DNA of 64,000 nt from Clostridiales bacterium (GTDB taxonomy: Bacteria; Bacillota; Clostridia; Christensenellales; Borkfalkiaceae). Below the pieces are notes generated by a model that was not told the origin of the DNA, ran no database searches, and worked only from the letters and a program-made list of their open reading frames with translations. The first letter of the stretch is position 1, and each line of letters begins with the position of its first letter. This document shows positions 27,085-37,793 of this stretch, in pieces. Where the stretch lies: positions 1,208 to 65,207 of the forward strand of contig SVIE01000001.1 of NCBI GenBank assembly GCA_015069625.1. Direction: 5' to 3'. Position numbers and translations under genes: made by a program.

Positions 27085-27618
27085 TTAGTAATTGATAACT
27101 CTTAACTGGAAATAAGCCTTGGGGTGATCGCAAACGGGGCATTTTTCAGGGGCTTCTGTGCCATCATGAATATGTCCACAGTTACGGCACATCCAAACAC
27201 TCTTTTCGTTTTTCTTAAATACAGAGCCGTCGTTTACGTTGGCTAAAAGTTTAAGATATCTTTCTTCATGTTCTTTTTCAATCTTAGCAACGCCTGCAAA
27301 TAAATCTGCAATTTGTTCAAAACCTTCTTCACGTGCTTCTTTTTCCATGCGAGCATACATTTCCGTCCATTCGCCGTTTTCACCTTCTGCTGCGGCTTTT
27401 AAGTTTTCAGCGGTGGAGTTAATGCCGTTTAAAAGTTTGAACCAAATTTTAGCGTGTTCTTTTTCGTTGTCAGCCGTTTCACTAAAAAAAGCTGCAATTT
27501 GTTCAAAGCCTTCTTTTTTTGCTTTTGAAGCAAAGTAATTATATTTATTTCTAGCCTGAGATTCGCCAGCGAAGGCTTCCCATAAATTCTTTTCAGTTTT
27601 ACTACCTTTAAGTTCCAT
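27085..27618 (-). CDS. rbr: Rubrerythrin
   Basis: N-terminal ferritin-like diiron domain (ESQARNKY, EKEHAKIW, EKEHEERY) and a C-terminal rubredoxin-like CRNCGH...CPVCDHP. Confidence 0.9.
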   Translation of the reverse strand: MELKGSKTEKNLWEAFAGESQARNKYNYFASKAKKEGFEQIAAFFSETADNEKEHAKIWFKLLNGINSTAENLKAAAEGENGEWTEMYARMEKEAREEGFEQIADLFAGVAKIEKEHEERYLKLLANVNDGSVFKKNEKSVWMCRNCGHIHDGTEAPEKCPVCDHPKAYFQLRVINY

Positions 27619-27693
27619 GATATATCTCCTTAATATTTTTAATTATTATATGTAAATTTTACAATTAAAAACCGCCTTTGTCAAGACTTGGCT

Positions 27694-27909
27694 TTATAAT
27701 TCTTTTTTTCCTAATAAAAAATCTGCTGACACATCCAAGTATTCGCAAATTAGATAAAAGGTTTCTAAAGACGGCAGCGCCTTTCCGTGCTTGTACATAG
27801 ACATAGTTGCCTTTGTTATGTTTAACTTTTTTGCAAGTTCTGCGTATGATAAGCCTGAGTAACGTACCGCTTCAATAAGTTTACTACTAAAAATTGTTTT
27901 CATATCCAT
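27694..27909 (-). CDS. XRE-family HTH transcriptional regulator
   Basis: LSYAELAKKLNITKATMSMYKHGKALPS. No SD is visible upstream. Confidence 0.8.
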   Translation of the reverse strand: MDMKTIFSSKLIEAVRYSGLSYAELAKKLNITKATMSMYKHGKALPSLETFYLICEYLDVSADFLLGKKEL

Positions 27910-27926
27910 ACTTAAAGTTTAATTTA

Positions 27927-27971
27927 ATCTAACTTCAAATGCTTGACAGTTAGATATAATCTAACTATAAT
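27927..27971 (+). promoter_or_regulatory. Promoter overlapped by a three-copy 8-mer operator (probable binding site of the divergent XRE regulator)
   Basis: ATCTAACT (27927-27934), AGTTAGAT (27948-27955) and ATCTAACT (27959-27966). The last two form a perfect 8-3-8 palindrome filling the spacer of TTGACA (27943-27948), 17 nt, TATAAT (27966-27971). Confidence 0.65.
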
Positions 27972-28094
27972 ATTATTATAAATAAAAAAATCGATAAAAA
28001 ACGCAAATTTTATTCAAATATTTAGTGCTATTGTCGATTAGCGGTATTAACAAGTATAAAAAGTTGTTCAAATGGATGATATAAAGGAGAGAAC

Positions 28095-28749
28095 ATGAAA
28101 AACAAAAGAATTATGATTTTAAGTATTGCGATTGCAATACTTTGTGCTTTTTCTACGGTGTTTGTCGGTTGTAATAACGACGGTGGAGACCTAGATGAAG
28201 AGACTGAATATGCAATTCAATATGCAGATGATGAAGGGCTACATACGATAACAGTTAAAGATGGTGATTTATACAGTATGCAGAGTATCCCAACACGTGT
28301 CGGATATAATTTCAAAGGGCTTTTTGACGCAGAAGAAGGCGGTGTACAATACGTTAGTGCGCAAGGTAGTTCCTTGTCCGCTTTTACGGATAAAAAGAAT
28401 TTGGTTTTATATCCACAATTTCAAGCAAAAGAATATACGCTGATTTTAGATTTTTGTGGCGCAGAAGTTTTAGGTAGTAGGTCAATGAAAGTAACTTACG
28501 GGTCTGAACTTCCGATGCTTCAAACAAATTTGACGTTAGAAAATAGATGATGCAAAAGGGTATGATTATCAAATCGCTTTTGATGAAGAAGAATATGGAG
28601 AAGTACAGCATACAGGCTCTGCTTCGCTTAATCCTATTGATGGATATAGAAACTATTCAACTATAAAAGTAAGAGTTTGCGCTAAAGGAAACGGAACTAG
28701 TGTAATATCTTCTCAATGGGTAGAATTTATTTGGAGTAACCCTAATTAA
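28095..28749 (+). pseudogene. Frameshifted or internally deleted lipoprotein gene with a Listeria-Bacteroides (InlB B-repeat) type repeat
   Basis: Signal/lipobox FSTVFVGC. The repeat-like segment is PTRVGYNFKGLFDAEEGGVQYV. Frame 0 stops at 28548-28550. A protein-like reading (DDAKGYDYQIAFDEEEYGEVQHTG...WVEFIWSNPN) continues in another frame from 28546 to TAA 28747-28749. Confidence 0.55.
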
Positions 28750-29537
28750 TGATAGTTCAATTACTTTTAAGTTACTTGTTGCAAATATTGTTTACAATAG
28801 GCATCATTGTATTGTTTGGATTTATTATCGCCAAACTTAATTCTTTGTTTTATTCTAACATGGGGCCGTTTGGCAAAACGGCATGCTACGTCACGGGGTT
28901 CATTGGAACTCCCGTGCACGAGTGTGCGCATGCGTTATTTTGTATAATTTTTGGACATAAAATTACCGCTATAAAGTTATTTCAAATTTCTTCAGATGAC
29001 GGGACTTTGGGATATGTTTCGCATACGTATAACAAAAAAAATATATATCATCGAATAGGTAGTTTTTTTATAGGAATAGCGCCAATATTAGTGATTTCTG
29101 CTATCTTATATTTGCTTGCGTATTTGTTAGTTCCATCAATGACTTCGAAAATGCTTATAGAGTCTCAAAAGATTTCTGATAGTGGAGACGTTTTAAGTGT
29201 GTTGACGTCTGTATGGAATAGTATAAAAGTGTATTTTTCGCACTTTGGCGATTATAAATGGTGGATATTTTTAATCATAAGTATATTTTTAGTGCTACAT
29301 ATGACGCTTAGTAAAGCGGATATTAAAAATTCACTTTCAGGATTAGGTTTTTTATTGGCAATAATATTTATAGTGGATTTGATTGTTGGGCTAATTAGCA
29401 TGAAAGCGTTATCATCCATGACAAGCGGTTTTATATACGTTGGTGGAATTTTAATTTGCTTCTTTATAATGTCAATAATAGTTTCTATTTGTGCTGTGAT
29501 ATTTTCGTTTTTATTGAGATTTATAATAAGAAGATAA
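28749..29537 (+). CDS. Polytopic membrane protein with HExxH motif (DUF3267-like putative zincin)
   Basis: GTPVHECAHALFC sits next to TM helices, and there are about 6 hydrophobic segments. The start overlaps the upstream stop (TAATG). Confidence 0.55.
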   Translation: MIVQLLLSYLLQILFTIGIIVLFGFIIAKLNSLFYSNMGPFGKTACYVTGFIGTPVHECAHALFCIIFGHKITAIKLFQISSDDGTLGYVSHTYNKKNIYHRIGSFFIGIAPILVISAILYLLAYLLVPSMTSKMLIESQKISDSGDVLSVLTSVWNSIKVYFSHFGDYKWWIFLIISIFLVLHMTLSKADIKNSLSGLGFLLAIIFIVDLIVGLISMKALSSMTSGFIYVGGILICFFIMSIIVSICAVIFSFLLRFIIRR

Positions 29538-29582
29538 AACAAAAAGGCTTCGCTATTGCGAAGCCTTTTTATCTTGTATAGA

Positions 29583-30989
29583 TTAAAATTTAATTTTTTC
29601 TGCGATGTAAGATTTAAGTTCAGAAATAGGAAGTCTGATTTGTTCCATTGTGTCACGATCACGGACGGTAACTGCGTTATCTTCTAACGTATCAAAGTCG
29701 ATAGTTACGCAGTATGGCGTTCCGATTTCGTCTTGACGGCGGTAACGTTTGCCGATTGAACCTGATTCGTCATAATCAGCAGGGAAAGACTTGATAAGGT
29801 CTGAATAAATTTCATCTGCCTTTTCAGAAAGTTTCTTAGAAAGTGGAAGAATAGCAACCTTGAACGGAGCAAGAGTTGGATGTAAATGAAGTACCGTTCT
29901 AACGTCGTTCTTTTCAGCGTCGATAACTTGTTCGTCGTAAGCGTTAGAAAGAACTGCAAGCACCGTTCTTTCAACACCAAGGCTAGGTTCAACAACGTAT
30001 GGAATATATCTTTCGTTTGTTTCTGGGTCGAAATAAGTAAGGTCCTTGCCAGAAGTGTTTTTGTGTTGAGTAAGGTCGTAATCCGTTCTATCTGCAACAC
30101 CCCAAAGTTCACCCCAACCGAACGGGAATAAGAATTCAAAGTCGGTGGTTGCTTTTGAATAGAAACAAAGTTCTTCGGGATCGTGATCACGAAGTCTTAA
30201 ATTTTCTTCCTTTATGCCGATTGATAAAAGCCAATCTTTACAGAAACTTCTCCAATAATTAAACCATTCAAGGTCAGTTCCGGGTTTGCAGAAGAATTCA
30301 AGTTCCATTTGTTCAAATTCACGAACACGGAAGATGAAGTTGCCAGGGGTAATTTCGTTACGGAAAGATTTTCCGATTTGTGCGATACCGAAAGGCATTT
30401 TCTTTCTGGTGGTACGTTGAACGTTAACGAAGTTGGTGAAAATACCTTGCGCCGTTTCAGGACGGAGATATACGGTATTTTTAGCATCTTCTGTAACACC
30501 TTGGAAGGTCTTAAACATAAGGTTAAATTGTCTTATGTCTGTAAAATTATGTTTTTTACAAGTAGGGCAGGGAATGTTGTGTTCTTCAACGAACGCTTTC
30601 ATTTCAGCGTGCGTAAAAGCATCAATAGGTTTTTCTAAGGTGTATCCCGTTTCGTTTGCCCAGTCTTCAATAAGTTTATCCGCTCTAAAACGTTCGTGAC
30701 ATTCTTTGCAGTCCATAAGCGGATCGGAAAATCCTGCAAGGTGACCTGAAGCAACCCACGTTTGGGGATTCATTAAAATTGCAGCGTCAAGCCCAACGTT
30801 GAGTTTGTTTTCTACAACGAATTTTTGCCACCAAGCACGCTTAATGTTGTTTTTGAGTTCAACGCCTAAGGGACCGTAATCCCAAGTGTTTGCCAAACCA
30901 CCGTAAATTTCACTACCGGGGAATATAATGCCTCTATTTTTGCAAAGGCTAACAAGTTTTTCCATTGTTACGGAGTTATTATTCTGCAT
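29583..30989 (-). CDS. glyQS: Glycine-tRNA ligase (homodimeric class II type)
   Basis: [63 protein letters not shown]. Confidence 0.93.
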   Translation of the reverse strand: MQNNNSVTMEKLVSLCKNRGIIFPGSEIYGGLANTWDYGPLGVELKNNIKRAWWQKFVVENKLNVGLDAAILMNPQTWVASGHLAGFSDPLMDCKECHERFRADKLIEDWANETGYTLEKPIDAFTHAEMKAFVEEHNIPCPTCKKHNFTDIRQFNLMFKTFQGVTEDAKNTVYLRPETAQGIFTNFVNVQRTTRKKMPFGIAQIGKSFRNEITPGNFIFRVREFEQMELEFFCKPGTDLEWFNYWRSFCKDWLLSIGIKEENLRLRDHDPEELCFYSKATTDFEFLFPFGWGELWGVADRTDYDLTQHKNTSGKDLTYFDPETNERYIPYVVEPSLGVERTVLAVLSNAYDEQVIDAEKNDVRTVLHLHPTLAPFKVAILPLSKKLSEKADEIYSDLIKSFPADYDESGSIGKRYRRQDEIGTPYCVTIDFDTLEDNAVTVRDRDTMEQIRLPISELKSYIAEKIKF

Positions 30990-31144
30990 TTGATTCTCCT
31001 TGCATTTGTATTGTTTTTATTAATTTTACAATATAGTAAAATTTAAGTCAAGCAATAATAGTTTTATAAAATATTTAAATTTGCTTTTTTATTTTTAAAA
31101 TTTGTGATACAATAGCATTAATAATAAAATTACGCAGGTGTATT

Positions 31145-32776
31145 ATGGCGGAAACGACTAATTTTATCGAACAAATTATTGAAGAAGAATTGTCTAGTGG
31201 AAAGGTAAACGGTGTTTATACACGTTTCCCCCCAGAACCGAACGGGTATCTCCATATCGGGCATGCAAAAAGCTTGTGCATCAACTTTGGCATGAAACAA
31301 AAGTATGATGGAAAGTGTAACTTGTTTTTAGACGATACTAACCCCGGTAAAGAAAAAACCGAATTCGTTGATGCGATTAAAGCAGATATCAGATGGCTTG
31401 GCTTTAAGTGGGATAAGGAAACTTACGCTTCAGACTTTTTCGAAAACATTTATAATTTTGCAATAGACCTTATTAAAAAGGGTAAAGCCTTCGTATGCGA
31501 TATGAATGCAGAAGAAATAAGCAAAAACCGTGGCACGCTCACCGAAGCAGGTAAAGAAAGCCCGTGGAGAAATAGAAGCGTGGAAGAAAACCTTGCGCTT
31601 TTTACGGCAATGCGTAACGGAGAATTTGCAGACGGCGAAAAATGTCTTCGTGCTAAAATCGACATGGCGTCGCCTAACATAAACATGCGTGACCCCGTCA
31701 TCTACCGTATTATGAGATTAAATCATCATAGAACGGGCGACAAGTGGTGCATTTATCCTATGTATGATTTTGCACACCCTATTTGCGATTATATGCAAGG
31801 GGTAACCCACTCGCTTTGTACGCTTGAATTTGAAGACCACCGTCCCCTTTACGACTGGGTAGGTATTGAATTAGGTTTTAATCCAAAGCCCCGTCAAATA
31901 GAGTTTGCAAGGCTTAACGTAACTAATCTCGTTATGAGTAAACGTTACCTTAAAAAACTTGTTGAAGACGGTTCGGTTGACGGTTGGGATGACCCTAGAA
32001 TGCCTACGCTTGCAGGACTTCGTCGTCGTGGCGTGCCTGCTGATGCACTTAAAGATTTTTGTGCTAGAATAGGTGTTTGCAAGGCTAATTCGGAAGTTCA
32101 AATCAGTTATCTTGAAGCATGCATTAGAGAATACCTTAACTTGCATGCGGAACGTGCTATGGGTGTGTTAAAGCCACTTAAAGTGACCATAACCAACTAC
32201 CCTGACGGCAAGAGTGAAGAAGTTGAATTTGATATTAACCCCAACGAAGAAGTTAAGCGTAGCCGTAATATCACTTTCTCTAAAAATATTTACATTGATG
32301 CGGACGATTTCTCGCTTAACCCGCCACCAAAATATTTCCGTCTTAAAAAAGATGGCATGGTAAGACTTAAAAGTGCTTACATCATTAAGTGTGACGACGT
32401 TATTTTAGACGATAACGGAGAAGTTAAGGAACTTCTTTGCTCATACATTCCTGAATCAAGAAGTGGTTCTGATACGTCTGGCATTAAAGTTAAAGGTGTT
32501 ATTCAATGGGTTAATGCTGATACCTGTAAAGACGTGGAAATCAGAAAGTACGGATACCTATTAAACGACGAAGAATATGCAGGGCAAGATTTTAGCGAAA
32601 GAATGAACAAAAATAGCCTTACTGTATATAATGGAAAAGTGGAGCCTTATCTCTTTGAAACAGGGGATGAAAGACCTTTCCAACTTATGCGTACAGGTTA
32701 CTTTAAGTTGCTTGAAACGGAAGGTAAAACTGTTGTTAGTGAAATAGTTTCACTTAAGGATAATTTCAACAAATAA
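31145..32776 (+). CDS. glnS: Glutamine-tRNA ligase
   Basis: TRFPPEPNGYLHIGHAK (HIGH), CIYPMYDFAHP, VMSKR (KMSKS-like), and a C-terminal beta-barrel anticodon-binding region; 543 aa. Confidence 0.9.
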   Translation: MAETTNFIEQIIEEELSSGKVNGVYTRFPPEPNGYLHIGHAKSLCINFGMKQKYDGKCNLFLDDTNPGKEKTEFVDAIKADIRWLGFKWDKETYASDFFENIYNFAIDLIKKGKAFVCDMNAEEISKNRGTLTEAGKESPWRNRSVEENLALFTAMRNGEFADGEKCLRAKIDMASPNINMRDPVIYRIMRLNHHRTGDKWCIYPMYDFAHPICDYMQGVTHSLCTLEFEDHRPLYDWVGIELGFNPKPRQIEFARLNVTNLVMSKRYLKKLVEDGSVDGWDDPRMPTLAGLRRRGVPADALKDFCARIGVCKANSEVQISYLEACIREYLNLHAERAMGVLKPLKVTITNYPDGKSEEVEFDINPNEEVKRSRNITFSKNIYIDADDFSLNPPPKYFRLKKDGMVRLKSAYIIKCDDVILDDNGEVKELLCSYIPESRSGSDTSGIKVKGVIQWVNADTCKDVEIRKYGYLLNDEEYAGQDFSERMNKNSLTVYNGKVEPYLFETGDERPFQLMRTGYFKLLETEGKTVVSEIVSLKDNFNK

Positions 32777-32955
32777 AGGCTTATAAACTTCGTTATACGT
32801 CGTTTCTGCAAATCGTTTTTAATCTCGATGACCAGACGGTCAATCTCGTCTAAAAACGTTTGCGAGCCTCGCCTAACTCGTTTCTAATCCTTTATTTAGA
32901 ATAGTGACAAGCCTACTCCAACTCGTTTCTAAACCTTTATTACAAGGCTTATAAA
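32776..32955 (+). repeat. Intergenic element bounded by 12-nt direct repeats and containing a 22-nt internal direct repeat; related to 14703-14802
   Basis: AAGGCTTATAAA occurs at 32776-32787 and 32944-32955. AACTCGTTTCTAATCCTTTATT (32875-32896) matches AACTCGTTTCTAAACCTTTATT (32920-32941) at 21/22 positions. Confidence 0.7.
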
Positions 32956-32978
32956 ATTAAAAAATTTACCAAAGATGA

Positions 32979-33016
32979 AAGGGGACTGACTAATTTCAGC
33001 CCCCTTGAATTTTTTA
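32979..33016 (+). terminator. Intrinsic terminator of the glnS transcript
   Basis: GGGGACTGA-loop-TCAGCCCCC followed by TTGAATTTTTT. Confidence 0.6.
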
Positions 33017-33023
33017 GAAATTC

Positions 33024-33052
33024 TTGACAAGAAAAAATTGTTGAACTATAAT
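33024..33052 (+). promoter_or_regulatory. Sigma-A-type promoter
   Basis: TTGACA (33024-33029), 17 nt, TATAAT (33047-33052). Confidence 0.55.
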
Positions 33053-33124
33053 AAAAATATAAAAGGGCTATACGTTTGCTTTTGTAAAAGCAAATAAAAA
33101 CTAATTGCCCAAAGGAGAAGGAAT

Positions 33125-33946
33125 ATGTTTAAAAAGATTTTGGCAGTTGTGCTTGGACTTGTTTTGTGTTTAGGCATGACAATGATGGTTGGCTGTGGCG
33201 ATTCCGCATTCTCAGGTAATTACGTTGAAGCAGATAGCAATACTATCACAACGTTTAGCGAATCCGTTCAACAGGCAGAAGACGAAGGTGCTTCGCAAAA
33301 GGTTGATTTTAATGCCGGAGTGAGAGCAAAAGTTTACATGGAAACGGAAGGCATGAAGTTGACTTCTGACTATACTATGGCGTTAGTGGACGACACGTTT
33401 AAACTTGCTGGCAACCTTGATATGCAAATGGAAATGGATTATGGTGGCGTTGCTTCTAAAAATATAACCAAGGGTAAATTCTGGTATGCGGATAGTTATA
33501 TGTTTATGGACGCAAATGCGACAAGTGTTTTAGGTGACAATTCAACCACCGTAGCATTAAAAGGTAAGATGCCTATGGATATTGAAGAAGTATTATTAAC
33601 GTACGGTGGTGGCGAGCAACTTGAAACCTTACCGCTTGCTGAATACATACAATACGTTGAAAGTGAACACGTTAAATTCTATATCGATAACGAATCTGAA
33701 AATAAAAAAGTTAAAATCGTTTTTGATAATTTAGTTGAAGACGGAGATCAAATTGACGGAACTATTATTTTTGTTTATGACGTAGATTTTAACGTTATTG
33801 CAACGAGCATGGATTTAACCACGACTGTTACGTATGGTGGTGAAACGGAAACTTTTGTAACAAGAATTTCTGTAGAACCATTTGATGGTGCAATTAACGT
33901 TCCTGCAGATGCAATGACTTGGACCACAATTCCTACATACATGTAA
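33125..33946 (+). CDS. Hypothetical lipoprotein
   Basis: Signal peptide with lipobox MMVGC. GGAGAAGG RBS. No family recognised. Confidence 0.6.
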   Translation: MFKKILAVVLGLVLCLGMTMMVGCGDSAFSGNYVEADSNTITTFSESVQQAEDEGASQKVDFNAGVRAKVYMETEGMKLTSDYTMALVDDTFKLAGNLDMQMEMDYGGVASKNITKGKFWYADSYMFMDANATSVLGDNSTTVALKGKMPMDIEEVLLTYGGGEQLETLPLAEYIQYVESEHVKFYIDNESENKKVKIVFDNLVEDGDQIDGTIIFVYDVDFNVIATSMDLTTTVTYGGETETFVTRISVEPFDGAINVPADAMTWTTIPTYM

Positions 33947-33957
33947 TATTTAATAAG

Positions 33958-33993
33958 CAAAACCCCGTGCAGTTTAACCGCACGGGGTTTTTA
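33958..33993. terminator. Bidirectional intrinsic terminator
   Basis: AAAACCCCGTGC-loop-GCACGGGGTTTTT. Confidence 0.8.
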
Positions 33994-33995
33994 TT

Positions 33996-34673
33996 TTATA
34001 AAACTTCACGAATAGCAAGCGTTTCTCCCGTTATACCATCTAATAAAAATGCTTTAAGATTTCCGTCTGCTTTTTTGAATCCTACATACCAGTAGGGTTT
34101 TTCATTTTTAACGATAACTCGCATTATAATACTAGCATTAAAAGAGCCGTCTTCATTTTTATATGCGTCGATTAAGGGCTTTTGCGTGTTTTCTAAAACT
34201 TCCATAGCCTTATGGTAGGTTAAAGTGTTTTCAGGGAGCAAAGAAGTTAATTGTATTTCGTGAGTATTAGAGCCTTCTAAAATAGAAATAGTAAATTCCT
34301 TTTTATCAAAATCGGCGATTTCAATAAATGCCGTCATTTTATTTGTAATAGGGTCTAACTTAAATTCTGCATTGTACGTTTTATCATTTTCTACGTAAGA
34401 AACAGTTCTAGAAACGTTATCCGTATCTGAACTAGCAAGGTGGAAATATAACCCGTAAATAGGGCTATTTGACGACGTGTTGTCGTTTAAATCGAAGCCG
34501 TAATGAGCATCTAATTTCATGCTTTCACATTCTCCGTAATAAAGGTTGCAACGCAGTTCTAAAAGAAATTGTTCAAGTTCACTTGGCTTTGCGCAAGATG
34601 ATGCGAAAACGCAAGTGATAAGCGTCAAAAAAAGGCAAATTGCAATATAAAATTTTTTTCTAAAAATGCTCAC
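33996..34673 (-). CDS. Hypothetical lipoprotein, possibly with a PepSY-like C-terminus
   Basis: Lipobox FASSC. The C-terminal WYVGFKKADGNLKAFLLDGITGETLAI resembles PepSY-type endings (weak, from memory). Confidence 0.5.
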   Translation of the reverse strand: MSIFRKKFYIAICLFLTLITCVFASSCAKPSELEQFLLELRCNLYYGECESMKLDAHYGFDLNDNTSSNSPIYGLYFHLASSDTDNVSRTVSYVENDKTYNAEFKLDPITNKMTAFIEIADFDKKEFTISILEGSNTHEIQLTSLLPENTLTYHKAMEVLENTQKPLIDAYKNEDGSFNASIIMRVIVKNEKPYWYVGFKKADGNLKAFLLDGITGETLAIREVL

Positions 34674-34803
34674 GATAATCTGTTTCTCTCCTGTTTTTTA
34701 TTGTGTTTATTAGACGATATGATGGAAATATTAAATAAATTCTAAAAAGGCGCAAATTTTTTGCTTAAATTATTGATTTTTCCTTTTTGTTTTGGTAAAA
34801 TAA

Positions 34804-36330
<1,527 letters not shown>

Positions 36331-36402
36331 TTTAATTAAAAACGGTACGCCCCGTAGTTCACTACGAGGCGTATCTTGATTATTAGGATATATAGGTATA
36401 AT

Positions 36403-37305
36403 ATGCAACAAACACAAACGGTATTAAACAGAAAAAGCGGGCTTGCGGGAGTGGGGTTTAGTTTCGTAATCTTTATTTACGTACTACTTACTCTTGTTGG
36501 CGGGCTAATATTATCGCTTATTGAAAAAGAAGGTGGGCTTTTAACTAGGGCTATCTCCTGTCTTTACGCTCCGCTTGCGATAACCGTGGTGCTTGTTTTA
36601 TTAAGTAGATATCAAAAGCAAAAAATTACTATTACGGCAAACGTTAAAAAGTGCAATATCAAGTTTTACGGTATTGCCGTGCTAATTGCCGGCGGTATGT
36701 TTTTGGGGCTTGGATTCGTCAACGTTTATCTATCGCAAGTTTTTGCAGGGTGGGGAATTAAGGTTAGCGAAAACGTTTTACCGCTCGATACTATTTGGCA
36801 TTACTTGTTGTTTTCCGTATTACTTGCCGTGCTTCCTGCTATAACGGAAGAAGCGTTATTTAGGGGCTTTTTAACGCAAGGAACACGTGCACTTGGAGTA
36901 ATTATTGCATGCGTGGTTTCTTCGCTTGCGTTTGCGCTCTACCACAGCTCGCTCTCCCAGTTTGCTTATCAATTTATTTACGGTGTCGTTTTATATATTT
37001 TAACCATAAAGGCAGGAAGTGTTATCCCTGCGATACTTGCGCATTTTTTGAATAACTTCGCTATTATTTCGTTAACTTATTTTAACGTGTCGCTAGATAT
37101 GTTTTCGCCTGTTATAATTTCGGTGGGGTTAGTTACGCTTGCACTTGGTTTATTGTTTTTATTCGTGCCGTTTAAGAAGGCGGATAAGTGTGAAAAGGCA
37201 GAGAAAGGAATCGTAAAGCAAGAAGTTGCGTCCTTCTTTATAACCGCTTCTGTGGGGATGCTTGTTTGCATACTTTTAATTGTGCTTGGGGCGGTAGGTG
37301 TGTAA
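36403..37305 (+). CDS. CPBP-family intramembrane glutamic endopeptidase (CAAX protease-like)
   Basis: EEALFRGF, FALYH and HFLNN motifs in a multi-TM protein. The start is uncertain (TTG 36376 or ATG 36403). Confidence 0.8.
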   Translation: MQQTQTVLNRKSGLAGVGFSFVIFIYVLLTLVGGLILSLIEKEGGLLTRAISCLYAPLAITVVLVLLSRYQKQKITITANVKKCNIKFYGIAVLIAGGMFLGLGFVNVYLSQVFAGWGIKVSENVLPLDTIWHYLLFSVLLAVLPAITEEALFRGFLTQGTRALGVIIACVVSSLAFALYHSSLSQFAYQFIYGVVLYILTIKAGSVIPAILAHFLNNFAIISLTYFNVSLDMFSPVIISVGLVTLALGLLFLFVPFKKADKCEKAEKGIVKQEVASFFITASVGMLVCILLIVLGAVGV

Positions 37306-37778
37306 TGATTAAAGTGAACGTTGTTGCCGTTGGCAAGGTTAAAGAAAAATATTTTTCCGATGGAATTAATGAGTACAGTAAACGCCTTTCAAGATTTTGT
37401 GAGTTTAAGATTGTTGAACTTCAAGAAGAAAATTTTAATAAAGCAGATTCGTCGCTTATTGAAACCATAAAACGCAGAGAAGGTGAAAGAATTCTTCCAC
37501 ACTTAAAAGGGTTTGTGTTTGTCACGGCAATCGAAGGCAAAAAGTTTTCGTCTAAATTGTTTGCAGATAAAATTAAATCGCTTACCGATATAGGAGAAGG
37601 GGTTATAACTTTCGTTATAGGCGGGTCTTACGGTGTTGCAGATGAAATTAAAAAGCGTGCTGATGCGCTTATATCATTTTCGGATATGACCTTTCCACAT
37701 ACGCTTTTTAGGTTGATGCTTACAGAACAAATTTATAGGGCGTTTTCTATAAACGAAGGTAGCGCATATCATAAATAA
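37305..37778 (+). CDS. rlmH: 23S rRNA (pseudouridine1915-N3)-methyltransferase
   Basis: MIKVNVVAVGKVKEKYF, FVIGGSYG, SFSDMTFPH; 157 aa. The start overlaps the upstream stop. Confidence 0.88.
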   Translation: MIKVNVVAVGKVKEKYFSDGINEYSKRLSRFCEFKIVELQEENFNKADSSLIETIKRREGERILPHLKGFVFVTAIEGKKFSSKLFADKIKSLTDIGEGVITFVIGGSYGVADEIKKRADALISFSDMTFPHTLFRLMLTEQIYRAFSINEGSAYHK

Positions 37779-37793
37779 AACATACACTTTAAT

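Noticed and set aside
27637-27651. PerR/Fur-type box (TTTTAATTATTATAT versus TTATAATNATTATAA) in the rubrerythrin promoter region
   Set aside because: A 12/14 match is biologically sensible for rbr. However, the surrounding sequence is almost pure A/T, so the match has little statistical weight without a genome-wide scan.
30990-31144. T-box leaders for the divergent glyQS and glnS genes
   Set aside because: The shared intergenic region is only ~155 nt. It contains no T-box consensus (AATTAGGGTGGTACCGCG-like) or specifier/terminator architecture.
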